Shown here: positions 15,934 to 24,546 of the stretch, piece after piece
How positions within the stretch are numbered: the first letter of the stretch is position 1
How the letters are laid out: each line of letters opens with the position of its first letter
NCBI GenBank assembly: GCA_030066975.1
Contig: JASJAO010000016.1
Span: forward strand, 1-32,000
Source: Henriciella sp.
GTDB taxonomy: Bacteria > Pseudomonadota > Alphaproteobacteria > Caulobacterales > Hyphomonadaceae
Length of the DNA: 32,000 nucleotides
Reading direction: 5' to 3'
Program-made: the position numbers and the translations under genes
Notes under the pieces: model-generated
What the model was told of the DNA's origin: nothing
Databases searched by the model: none
The model's input: the letters and a program-made list of their open reading frames with translations, nothing else

Positions 15934-16836
15934 TTACAGAACGTTTCCAGCAACCTGGCGAAACTCCTCGCCGAGAATGGTCAGACTGTCGGCCAAGGGC
16001 GAACTGTCGCGCCAGATCAGCGAAATACCGCGCGTTGCAAGGCTGTGATGGATCGGCCGGATGACGAGGTCCGGGTCGCGCCGGGCCTCGGTCAGCGCAT
16101 ACAGGCTCGGCAGGATCGCGATGCCTGCGCCCATTTCCGCCATCTGCCGCACCGCATCCAGGCTGGTGCCCTCATATTCCGCGCTGACAAACGAGCCCGC
16201 CGCGCGCGCAATCGTCTGGATGGTCAGGTTCAATCTGTGCCCATGACCGAGACTCAGCAGGGGACGGTCCTTCAATTCCTTGAGCGAGATCGGATCAGCT
16301 GTGCGCGCAAGCTCATCATCGGCAGCCGCGCAGATCCATAATTGTTCTTCAAACAGCGGCATGTGCGCGACATTCGTATGATCCTCCGGTGTGGAAATGA
16401 TCGCATCAAACCGGCCATCATGCAGATGCTGCTCCAGATCAATCGTGCGCTCTTCGCGCACAAACAAGCGCAGGTCCGGATATTTGCGGTGCAATTGGCG
16501 CGTCGCCAGCGGCAGGAGATATGGCCCGATGGTCGGCAGGATGCCGAGCCGGATACGTCCGGCAAGATCGCCGCGATCATGGCTCGCAATGGCTTTCAAA
16601 TCCTCCACATCGCGCAGGATCTGGCGGCAGCGGCCCAGCAAAGCCTCGCCCTTCGGCGTCAGCAGCGCGCCCTGACGACCACGTTCAAACAGGATCGTGC
16701 CAAGCTGGCCTTCCATTTCAGCGATTTGCGCCGACAGACTGGGCTGGCTGACATTCATGCGGTTCGCCGCCTCGCCGAACCGGCCCGTATCCGCCACCGC
16801 AACAAAATACTGAAGCTGTCTCAGAGTAGGACGCAT
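15934..16836 (-). CDS. LysR-family regulator, OxyR-like but lacking both redox cysteines
   Basis: HTH LRQLQYFVAVADTGRFGEAANRMNVSQPSLSAQI, and GILPTIGPYLLP as in OxyR. The position of E. coli LEDGHCLRDQAMGFCFEAG reads LGHGHRLNLTIQTIARAAG. Confidence 0.88.
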   Translation of the reverse strand: MRPTLRQLQYFVAVADTGRFGEAANRMNVSQPSLSAQIAEMEGQLGTILFERGRQGALLTPKGEALLGRCRQILRDVEDLKAIASHDRGDLAGRIRLGILPTIGPYLLPLATRQLHRKYPDLRLFVREERTIDLEQHLHDGRFDAIISTPEDHTNVAHMPLFEEQLWICAAADDELARTADPISLKELKDRPLLSLGHGHRLNLTIQTIARAAGSFVSAEYEGTSLDAVRQMAEMGAGIAILPSLYALTEARRDPDLVIRPIHHSLATRGISLIWRDSSPLADSLTILGEEFRQVAGNVL

Positions 16837-16839
16837 TTC

Positions 16840-16854
16840 ATAGCCTTTTGCTAT
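16840..16854. promoter_or_regulatory. LysR-type T-N11-A dyad
   Basis: ATAGC-CTTTT-GCTAT perfect dyad 4 nt upstream of the lysR ATG, facing the divergent small-ORF locus. Confidence 0.5.
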
Positions 16855-17160
16855 CGGTATTAGAGCAATGTTCGATTGGAACTATAAAATAAACATCCCA
16901 AATGCAATCCCATAACAACGCAGTTAGACGGAAAGATAAAATGTTTAGAACAGAATCGTCCCCATCCTCCCAGAACCCTGACCTGTTTAGTCAGGATGAC
17001 TCAGCCCCGGCACCGGTCAATGCCATGAACGGCCCGACTTCGGCGGTGGCGCAATTGTCAAAGCAATCAGGTAGCGCCTCCTTCCTGCGTCGCCAGTGGC
17101 GTCGTCGCCGGTCCCGCTAAACCGCTAAATTCCACCCCCATCAACCCAAAGGAGACTGAC

Positions 17161-17376
17161 ATGATATCCGCCGCTGATTTCTCAGCCGTTTTCGGACCCG
17201 ACACCCGGACAAAGACACGGCGTGGCCCGGGGCAACGAAAACCGCAATCAGCCTCAGTGGACTGTCTGTCGCGGTGGGAAGATGATGGCGGTGTACCCGC
17301 ACACCGGTCTCAGCGCGGGCGCAATCGACAACCACTCCCCGATGGCGGCGGCGACGGGTTACCCCTATCCCGATAG
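17161..17376 (+). CDS. Small hypothetical protein (71 aa) with an RWEDDGG motif
   Basis: AAGGAG lies 6 nt upstream of the ATG, and a strong terminator follows 18 nt after the stop. The product is basic and low-complexity apart from CLSRWEDDGGVP. Confidence 0.4.
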   Translation: MISAADFSAVFGPDTRTKTRRGPGQRKPQSASVDCLSRWEDDGGVPAHRSQRGRNRQPLPDGGGDGLPLSR

Positions 17377-17393
17377 CCGCACCATCACTCCCT

Positions 17394-17443
17394 GGCGCCT
17401 GAGCTTCCTCCTCCCCCTTCAGAGCTCAGGCGCCTTTTTCTTT
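17394..17443 (+). terminator. Rho-independent terminator
   Basis: Perfect 12-bp stem GGCGCCTGAGCT / AGCTCAGGCGCC with a 17-nt C/T-rich loop, followed by TTTTTCTTT. Confidence 0.7.
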
Positions 17444-17504
17444 GCGGCGTTCATGAAAGCGCAGACGCGCCCTCACCGTCCTCAAACACCGATCCTGGCT
17501 CGCT

Positions 17505-18131
17505 TCAGGGCGCCCCCCTCGTCTCCGGATCAAGCGCCAGACTGATCCGCGACATGGCGCGCTCAATCGCAACCGCCTTTTCGGCCTGGCTCAGCGTCAG
17601 CGTGTCTGTGACACCTGATTGCAGCAGGGTCGCTAGGCCATGCAAGGTCGACCACACAAAGATGGCATCATGCTTCTCCAGATCGGTCGCCATATCGGCG
17701 GCGTGCTTCAGGGGCAGCTTCTCAAGCTTGTTGTGCAACAGGGAGAAGGCATACTGCGCCTGTTGCATCATCTCCTCGTGCAGCTCCGGGTCGGGCAGCA
17801 CTGAGCCAAACATCAAACGGTATTCAAGCGGATGCTCACGGGCATAGTTCAGATAGGCCAGACCCATGGCGTGGAGACTTTCAAAACTGTCAGTCTCCGG
17901 CACGTTCGCCTCCATATATAGCGCAAACTCCGCGTAGCACCGCGCCACCACGGCGGCGAGGATGTGATCGCGTGAGGCAAAGTGCTTGTAGGGCGCCTGA
18001 TGCGAGACGCCTAAACGCCGCGCCACATCTCGCAGACTGAGCTTTTCCAGGCCCTTCGACTGAATAATGGCAAACGCCTCATCAATACAGGCCTGTTTCA
18101 GGTCAACGGGTTTAGACGGTGCCGGCGACAT
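17505..18131 (-). CDS. TetR/AcrR family transcriptional regulator
   Basis: N-terminal HTH LSLRDVARRLGVSHQAPYKHFASRD. Overlaps the upstream SDR gene by 20 nt. Confidence 0.88.
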   Translation of the reverse strand: MSPAPSKPVDLKQACIDEAFAIIQSKGLEKLSLRDVARRLGVSHQAPYKHFASRDHILAAVVARCYAEFALYMEANVPETDSFESLHAMGLAYLNYAREHPLEYRLMFGSVLPDPELHEEMMQQAQYAFSLLHNKLEKLPLKHAADMATDLEKHDAIFVWSTLHGLATLLQSGVTDTLTLSQAEKAVAIERAMSRISLALDPETRGAP

Positions 18132-18927
18132 CTTTCTGATTGGCCATGCCTTTCATGATCTGGCCCATTACGCGCTTTCGCAGGGGGCGTGGAAGAATCG
18201 CCAGATTATACCCAAGAAACTTGGAAAGCAGCCCCGGCCGCACCGTGCTCTTTCGTCCGAGCGCGTTCAGTGTGCCTTTCGCGACCGATGCCGGAGACGC
18301 CGCACCGCCCATCGTCATATCTGCCCGTTCGGCAAATCCAGACATGACAGGCCCCGGCGCCGAGGCTAGGACATCGACATTGTGGATCTTCATTTCGGCG
18401 TTCAGACCTTCTGCAAAGCACTGGATATAAGCCTTTGTTGCCGCATAGTGGGCGGCATTCGCGACGCCTTGAAACCCGACAATCGAGCCCATCAGAACGA
18501 TCCCGCCGCCCCCGCGCACGGCCATGGCATTCGCGATCACATGGGTGAGGGCCACCACGGCCCGGCAATTCACATCGACCATGTTCAGTTCGCGCGTCAG
18601 ATCGGAGTCGACAAAGTGGCCGGAGGTGCCAAACCCGGCGCAGGCCGCGAACAGGCCGATATCCAGGTCCAACAACTCGCCTACGAGATGATCCACCCCA
18701 TTGGGCGTGCTGAGGTCGGTCGCTGAAATCCGGGTTTCAACGCCGAAGTGGTCTTCGATGTCGCGCGCAGTGGCTTGCAACTGGTCTTCCCGTCGGGCAA
18801 CGAGACAGACATTCAAGCCGCGGGCAGCCGCATCAAAGGCGATCGCGCGGCCAATGCCGTCTGAGCCGCCGGTGACCAGGGCCCAGGGGCCGTACTTTTC
18901 TGTGAATCTAGACTTCTTGGTGGACAT
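18112..18927 (-). CDS. SDR family oxidoreductase
   Basis: ALVTGGSDGIGRAIA (TGxxxGIG) and the catalytic YAATKAY. Confidence 0.9.
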   Translation of the reverse strand: MSTKKSRFTEKYGPWALVTGGSDGIGRAIAFDAAARGLNVCLVARREDQLQATARDIEDHFGVETRISATDLSTPNGVDHLVGELLDLDIGLFAACAGFGTSGHFVDSDLTRELNMVDVNCRAVVALTHVIANAMAVRGGGGIVLMGSIVGFQGVANAAHYAATKAYIQCFAEGLNAEMKIHNVDVLASAPGPVMSGFAERADMTMGGAASPASVAKGTLNALGRKSTVRPGLLSKFLGYNLAILPRPLRKRVMGQIMKGMANQKDVAGTV

Positions 18928-18942
18928 GTTCGGCCTCGCTGG

Positions 18943-18983
18943 TTGACAGTGTCTACTATCTATCGGTAGGTAGACGCTGTCAA
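18943..18983. promoter_or_regulatory. Probable TetR operator overlapping divergent promoters
   Basis: Inverted repeat TTGACAGTGTCTAC-N13-GTAGACGCTGTCAA (13/14 match). Each arm begins with TTGACA. On the minus strand, TTGACA-N17-GATAGT sits upstream of the SDR-TetR operon. Confidence 0.55.
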
Positions 18984-18997
18984 CTCGGGATACCCAG

Positions 18998-19339
18998 ATG
19001 GATCAGCGCGTGTATATTTCGATTACGGGATTGAAGGTGAAACGCCTCTGGCATGTGCCGACATTCTGGAGGCACGCGATTGGGTCCATGCAGCAGGTTC
19101 AATCGGCAGATGGCTGTCTGCAGGCGCAAGAGCAGACCATTAACGGCATCCACCATACCCGAAGTGTGTGGGTCAGCCGGGACAAGATGCTAGCTTATCT
19201 GCGATCCGGTGCCCATTTGAAAGCCATCACTGTCTTTCCCAAAATCGCCACCGGGAAAGTCTATGGCTACGTGTCTGAAACGGTTCCCGATTGGCCAGAA
19301 GTCCACCGCCTTTGGGCAGGGCTGGGACGCGAGGTTTAG
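18998..19339 (+). CDS. Small alpha/beta-barrel-like protein (DUF3291-like), tentative
   Basis: 113 aa. The pattern RLWHVPTFWRH...TRSVWVSRDKMLAYLRSGAHLKA resembles DUF3291/ABM-like proteins from memory. Confidence 0.45.
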   Translation: MDQRVYISITGLKVKRLWHVPTFWRHAIGSMQQVQSADGCLQAQEQTINGIHHTRSVWVSRDKMLAYLRSGAHLKAITVFPKIATGKVYGYVSETVPDWPEVHRLWAGLGREV

Positions 19340-19468
19340 CGCGCGTTTCGCAGCCCCCTCCCGGCCCATTCCGGCGCAAGTCTGATGAGCAGGAAATAGA
19401 GGAAAAGAATAGGTTGCGCCGGTTTATGTTTTGGCTAATGCTCAACTCGTCTCAACAGGGGAAATCAA

Positions 19469-19948
19469 ATGAAAACCGGTACGATTTCTAGCTTTCAATA
19501 TCGGCTTTGCGCGATTGTTGCGCTGGGGCTTTTCTGTTTCTTCTCCGGTCCTGCGATGGGGCAGGCGAACTTCAACGTGAAGAAGACAGAAGATCCAGAT
19601 GCATACGTCACCACGTTGCTAGCGGGTATTGAAGCTGAGGGGATGTCTACGATCCGCGCCGAATTTGAAAGTATGGGTTTGAACACGCCGCAAAACGAAG
19701 TGGCCATTGCAGTCTATGAATCCATTCAAAAAGAAACTGATGAACGCTGGACGGATTTGATCAGTGTGATCAGTTCAGGCGATGTGCTTCGACAATACTA
19801 TGCGTACGCTTATCTGGGCGGCAATGGTTGGATCTTCATTCGCGTCGATTTCGTGAGAACTAGCGATCAAGAGTGGGCCTTGAGCAATCTTATGTTCAAT
19901 TCAGAATATGCGTCGGTCGTCGCGCGCACTATTCCCACCGATGATTAG
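19469..19948 (+). CDS. Hypothetical secreted protein, low-GC gene
   Basis: Signal peptide LCAIVALGLFCFFSGPAMG-QA. The coding sequence is visibly AT-richer than its surroundings. No family recognised. Confidence 0.55.
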   Translation: MKTGTISSFQYRLCAIVALGLFCFFSGPAMGQANFNVKKTEDPDAYVTTLLAGIEAEGMSTIRAEFESMGLNTPQNEVAIAVYESIQKETDERWTDLISVISSGDVLRQYYAYAYLGGNGWIFIRVDFVRTSDQEWALSNLMFNSEYASVVARTIPTDD

Positions 19949-20084
19949 GGATTGGAAAATCGGACTGCTCAAATCGGGTCTCGTCCTCCACCTGCCGTTG
20001 AGCGAGGCGCCCGAATGGCGGAAGGCCTGGCCGTTTCGATAAATCTATCCGACCGAATTGCGGACGCCTTTATGCTTCCAACCC

Positions 20085-20459
20085 ATGGACGTTCGCTTCT
20101 CCCTTGCCGCTGTACAGCATCTCCCGGTCTATCTCTGGCCGTGGGTCTGGTGGCAGCTCTTCGCGGTCAAGCGCTGGTGCCGGATCAATAAACGCAAAGT
20201 CCTCTGGCAAGCCGATGAGACCGGCAAAGTCTGGGTCACCTTTGTATCTGACGACGAGACAGACCTCACCGCCTGGTGCCACCAACAGGCCAAGCTCTAT
20301 CGCCCGCATTGGTATGCCCTGTACAATGAGTCCGGTGAGATGCATCTGAGCGCCATTCACTACTGGATGGGCCGGATCATGGAATGCGGCGAGCGGTTGA
20401 TGCATCGCGCTGTGTCTCAAGCGGTGCGGATGATGCCCGCCATCGAGGATTCAAGCTAA
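20085..20459 (+). CDS. Hypothetical Trp-rich protein
   Basis: ORF with GC-rich third positions. ATG at 20085, with an in-frame TTG at 20058 as an alternative. No recognisable family. An antisense ORF at 20070-20420 also exists. Confidence 0.35.
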   Translation: MDVRFSLAAVQHLPVYLWPWVWWQLFAVKRWCRINKRKVLWQADETGKVWVTFVSDDETDLTAWCHQQAKLYRPHWYALYNESGEMHLSAIHYWMGRIMECGERLMHRAVSQAVRMMPAIEDSS

Positions 20460-20665
20460 ACACTCTTCCCGCTTCCCCACGGTTTATCCGTGGGGTCCAT
20501 CTCCCAAAGTCTGCTCAAAGTACGATGTGGACCTTGTGGGAGTTGGATGCCACGGACAAGCCGTGGCAAGGCGAAGTTCGATGCCCAAACCACAATTCGT
20601 TCAACACAGCCGCCTCCGCGGCCGCACGCGCTGCCCCCAGCTCGACTGGGGGCGCTGCGCCAACC

Positions 20666-22120
20666 TCAAGTGCCGTTCTTCAAATTCCAGATCGGGGTGG
20701 CGACCACCATCCAGATGATCATCGCGGTCATCCCAACCGCCGGAACCAGCGCGATATTGTAGGGTCCGATCGCATCGACGAGGCCGCCCATAATCGCCGC
20801 GCCGAATGGGGCCCCCGCCATGAAGCCAAGTTGATAGATGGAAAGCACCCGCGCCAACTGGTCCTTTGGGGCGGCGTCCTGAACAATCGAGCGGCTCATC
20901 GCGATCGATACACCTGCCGACAGGCCCCAGATAAAGACAATGATCAGAAAGCCCCAATGCGGGATTTCTGTCATCATCGGCAGAATGGCGAGCGAGCCGA
21001 GCAATTGCGCGGTGAGCAGCAGGCGGCCCTGACGCTTGATCCGCTTGATCAGGGACAGTGCTACGGAAGACACGAATGCGCCGAGCCAGAAGGTTACGAA
21101 CATGTCGCGAATACCGTCCCCTGAAAGGCCGTACACATCGCGGTTGATGATCGGCAGAACGACCAGAAATGCGCCGATCACAAAGATGCCGACGCCAAAC
21201 ATCAGCACCGTCATCGACCAGAGTTTGGGATCGGAGGCGACCACCCGGAACCCTTCGCCAATATCTCCAAAGGCTGCGCCAAAGCCAGAGCGGCCGGTTT
21301 TGACTTTGCGGCCCTTGGCCAGAAACGCGGCGAGCAAAGCGCCAAGCGCCACGATCAAACCCTGAAAGGTCAGCAATTCCCAACTGTCGATTGGGCCTAT
21401 GCCAAACCCGCCGAGCCAGTCCGGCATCTTGGTCATCTTGTCGGCATAGCCGCCGAGGATCAGCCCGGTAATCTGAGCGGCAAATTGCGCCAGTGTGGCA
21501 AACGCCACGCCCTGCTGCAGAGTGACGCCCGAGCCAACCCGCCCGCGCCGCTCCACCACTTCATTCAGGATCGCATCGCGGGCCGGCATCATAAACGCGC
21601 CCACTGTGCCAAGCGCGAGGCCATAGATGATCATCAGGGGATAACTGAGATTACCGGTGGCGAGCGCAAAGGCGAGGCCAAAGGCGGGCAGGGCCGCACA
21701 AAGATGCAGGATCATCAAGAGCGGCTTCCCGGCGGCGCGTTCCGCCACAACCCCGCCGATCAGCAAGAAAATCACCGACGGCCCGGACAAGGCCAGATTG
21801 GCCAGGCCGAGCTCAACCCCGCCCAGGCCCAGCTTGTTGGTGATCAGGTAAGGAAACAGCACCATTTGCAAGCCGAAGGCGATGAACCAGGTCGCCTGAA
21901 CCGACAGATAGGCTGGCAGTTCGACTTTCACCCCGCGCCGGGCTTTACGCGCCAGCAGCGACTGTGCGGTCGAGAGAAAACTCGCGCCCGCCCCCATCGC
22001 CGAGCCCATGCCGGTCACAGGCGAACGCTCCGCATCCATCAGGTCGGCTGTGTCTTGCGGATCGGCTTCGGTCATTCTTGCTCTGTTATCACTCCACGCC
22101 CGGCTATCATCACCAAACAT
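20666..22120 (-). CDS. MFS transporter
   Basis: About 12 hydrophobic segments in a two-times-six arrangement with a basic central loop. The start codon is uncertain, as there are several in-frame Met in the first 40 aa. Confidence 0.8.
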   Translation of the reverse strand: MFGDDSRAWSDNRARMTEADPQDTADLMDAERSPVTGMGSAMGAGASFLSTAQSLLARKARRGVKVELPAYLSVQATWFIAFGLQMVLFPYLITNKLGLGGVELGLANLALSGPSVIFLLIGGVVAERAAGKPLLMILHLCAALPAFGLAFALATGNLSYPLMIIYGLALGTVGAFMMPARDAILNEVVERRGRVGSGVTLQQGVAFATLAQFAAQITGLILGGYADKMTKMPDWLGGFGIGPIDSWELLTFQGLIVALGALLAAFLAKGRKVKTGRSGFGAAFGDIGEGFRVVASDPKLWSMTVLMFGVGIFVIGAFLVVLPIINRDVYGLSGDGIRDMFVTFWLGAFVSSVALSLIKRIKRQGRLLLTAQLLGSLAILPMMTEIPHWGFLIIVFIWGLSAGVSIAMSRSIVQDAAPKDQLARVLSIYQLGFMAGAPFGAAIMGGLVDAIGPYNIALVPAVGMTAMIIWMVVATPIWNLKNGT

Positions 22121-22215
22121 GACACAAATGCAAAATACCGTCTGAAAAAGCTAGACCACCTTGGTGCGGCCTTTGCTGCATGCTAGCAAAGCGGACCAGT
22201 GGAGGAGGTGTCGAG

Positions 22216-22680
22216 ATGCGGATTATGCGATCAATTGGAAGCTGGGCGCTCGCCTTGTTTTTGATCTTCATGTTCGTTCAGGCGACGATCCATCCGCTGC
22301 CTAATCCGCCGATCGGTCAGGTCAAGCTGTTTGATGCGGCAGGCGAGAATATCGTCTTTGCAACTATCGCGGCGAATACCGGCATCGCCTTGGTGGAACC
22401 AACCGGCCGTGTGGCCGTGGCCGTCGCAGAACTACTGGCCGCGCTCTTGCTGCTTGTGCCGTGGTGGCGCCGAGTGGGCGCGGTTCTGGCCTTTCTGGTT
22501 CTGGCAGGCGCGGTCGCGGTTCATCTGATGCCGGATGTGCTTGGCCGTGAAGTGCCGCTCTCGTTGGTCCCGGGCGAAACGGCGACCGATGGCGGACAAC
22601 TCTTCGCCCTGGCGATTGCCATGCTCGCGGCTAGCGCCTTGCTGATCTTCGTGCATCCCGGCAAGGAACCGGAGTCGTAG
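22216..22680 (+). CDS. Small integral membrane protein (DoxX-like, tentative)
   Basis: GGAGGAGG lies 7 nt upstream of the ATG at 22216. Four hydrophobic helices. Confidence 0.5.
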   Translation: MRIMRSIGSWALALFLIFMFVQATIHPLPNPPIGQVKLFDAAGENIVFATIAANTGIALVEPTGRVAVAVAELLAALLLLVPWWRRVGAVLAFLVLAGAVAVHLMPDVLGREVPLSLVPGETATDGGQLFALAIAMLAASALLIFVHPGKEPES

Positions 22681-22743
22681 CCACCGCCATCTCATCGGAA
22701 AATTAACCAGTTTCCAGAATGCTGCGGCCAGAACAGAACTTGA

Positions 22744-23964
22744 ATGGCGGCACTTGAGATGAATGAGCCTGGGGTTGTTGAGCCACCTGTAGAGAGTGGA
22801 CGGGCACGCAATGTATTATTACGGCGGCTGATCGATTATGTCGCGATGCCCGCCTCGCGCGTTGCTCCGCAAGATCGCTCGATGGGCGGCGACATCCTGC
22901 TCGATATGCTGTTTCACTCCTCTGACGAAGAGCGTCTTTTGTGTGCGCGCCGCCTCGCCACGATGCGCGAAGCGCCGCGTCGCCTGATCCGCTATCTGGC
23001 CCAGTGCGATTTTCCAATCGCCGAACCTTTGTTGAGAGAAAACCCTGCCTTCTCCTCTTCGGACCTCTGCAATCTCATCGAGAAGGTCTCGCCAGAACAT
23101 CGGCGGGTGATCGCCCAGCGAAAAACCGTCGAGCCGGTCGTCTGTGATCAACTGGCGCGCGTGGGTGAGTTGGAGGCGGTTCTGGACCTGTTGAACAATA
23201 AGGGCGCGGACTTGTCTGAACATGCGATCGATTTGCTGATCTCCCGCTCGCGCACTGAGACCGAGATCTGCTCGGCGCTTGTGCATCGTCTGGAGCTGCG
23301 CCCGGCGCAAGGCATGGCGATGTTCTGGTGGAGTGATGAAAAGACCCGCCGCAAGATCCTGTCCCGCTTTGCAGCAGACCGGGCGGAAATGATCGAGATG
23401 TGCTCGGACGTTTTTGCCATGGCGGCAGAGGAGAACTGGCAAGATCCGGTGGCCCGCAAAACCCTGCAGCTGATTGAGCGGCGCCAACGCAACCGGGCTG
23501 CGATCGAAAAGAGCCAGTTTGAGAGTCTGGAAGAGGCGATTACCACGGCGTCGGTTGCCGGTACGAGTCCGGAATATGCACAAGAGATCGGCTATCTGGC
23601 GGGGATCAAGCCGGTCACGGTCGCGAAGATATTGGAGGATCTTGGCGGCGAAGGGCTCGCGGTCATCTGCAAGGCAACCGGCCTCAAGCGCAAGTATCTT
23701 CAACTGCTCTGGACGTCGCTGCGCCGACCCCTGGAAACCGAAGAGGGCGAACCAACCGAGCACTTCCGCAAGGTCCAGGAGGTTTATGACATTCTGAGCG
23801 TCGCCAAAGCTCAAACGACACTGCGCTATTGGAACTGGTCGCTATCATCGGCCTTCTCACCCACACAGGTGGATGCAGCCGCCCTTGAAGAAGACGAAGC
23901 CAATGATGAAACAGCTTTTTCATCGGCACGGCGAACCGCGCGCCTCGTTTTTGGCACCAGCTAA
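22744..23964 (+). CDS. DUF2336 domain protein (alpha-helical repeat)
   Basis: 406 aa. Helical repeats such as PIAEPLLRENPAFSSSDLCNLI and VCDQLARVGELEAVLDLLNNKGADLSEHAIDLLISRS match my memory of DUF2336. Confidence 0.6.
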   Translation: MAALEMNEPGVVEPPVESGRARNVLLRRLIDYVAMPASRVAPQDRSMGGDILLDMLFHSSDEERLLCARRLATMREAPRRLIRYLAQCDFPIAEPLLRENPAFSSSDLCNLIEKVSPEHRRVIAQRKTVEPVVCDQLARVGELEAVLDLLNNKGADLSEHAIDLLISRSRTETEICSALVHRLELRPAQGMAMFWWSDEKTRRKILSRFAADRAEMIEMCSDVFAMAAEENWQDPVARKTLQLIERRQRNRAAIEKSQFESLEEAITTASVAGTSPEYAQEIGYLAGIKPVTVAKILEDLGGEGLAVICKATGLKRKYLQLLWTSLRRPLETEEGEPTEHFRKVQEVYDILSVAKAQTTLRYWNWSLSSAFSPTQVDAAALEEDEANDETAFSSARRTARLVFGTS

Positions 23965-23987
23965 CGATTTCGCACATCGCTGTTCGG

Positions 23988-24037
23988 TTTTGACTGGTCA
24001 AAAGGTGATTCCGGCTCTAATTGCTCGCTCAATTGAG
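23988..24037. promoter_or_regulatory. Two perfect palindromes upstream of the mrp-like operon
   Basis: TTTTGAC-TG-GTCAAAA at 23988-24003 and CTCAATTGAG at 24028-24037, the latter preceded by the related CTCTAATTG. Confidence 0.35.
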
Positions 24038-24063
24038 AGAAAGAAACCGGAGCAGTCGGGCGC

Positions 24064-24546
24064 GTGGGTTATTTTATTGGGTTGATTGTGGTGCTGACCG
24101 GGCTCTGGCTCGGCCTGTCAGGCCTGTATAAAACGCTCATCCTGTCGCTTGGTGTCGTGTCGATCATCCTCTCGACCATCCTCGCCTACCGTTTTGATAT
24201 TCTTGACCGTGAAGGCTCGCCTTATGGGCGTCTGCCGCAACTCATCTCTTACTGGGCCTGGCTGGTGGTTGAGATCTTCAAGGCCAATTGGGTCGTGGTC
24301 AAAGCCTGTTTGCGGGCGCAGTTGGACATCAACCCGGCGCTGGTGAAGCTGAAGACCTGCTGCGAAAGCGATCTTGCCCGCACGGTCTTTGCCAATTCGA
24401 TTACCCTGACGCCCGGCACGGTCAGCGTCACGATCGAAGGCGACAAGATCCTGGTCCATGCCCTGTACGAGGAAGAGGCGCATCCGGAAGCGTTTGAGGA
24501 AATGGACCGGCGGTCAAGAGCCGCCTCTGATGGAGGTCGCGCATGA
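24064..24546 (+). CDS. mrpE: Mrp/Mnh antiporter subunit E
   Basis: GTG start. ANWVVVKACL...NSITLTPGTVSV...ILVHAL is typical of MnhE. Confidence 0.85.
   Translation: MGYFIGLIVVLTGLWLGLSGLYKTLILSLGVVSIILSTILAYRFDILDREGSPYGRLPQLISYWAWLVVEIFKANWVVVKACLRAQLDINPALVKLKTCCESDLARTVFANSITLTPGTVSVTIEGDKILVHALYEEEAHPEAFEEMDRRSRAASDGGRA

Noticed and set aside
16902-17120. 72-aa ORF (or 59 aa from 16941) divergent from the LysR gene
   Set aside because: Not listed as a feature. It has a weak ribosome-binding site, a low-complexity product and no recognisable family. It is kept only as a possibility within the small-ORF locus finding.
17222-17545. 107-aa plus-strand ORF
   Set aside because: It reads through the strong terminator hairpin at 17394-17443 and into the TetR gene 3' end, and has no ribosome-binding site.
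20384-22186. Several plus- and minus-strand ORFs (20384-21124, 20601-21383, 21485-22186) overlapping the MFS gene
   Set aside because: Only the 20666-22120 minus frame yields about 12 regularly spaced hydrophobic helices. The others are shadow frames.
22819-23814. 331-aa ORF antisense to the DUF2336 gene
   Set aside because: The plus-strand product has coherent helical repeats matching DUF2336. The antisense product is Arg-rich and low-complexity.
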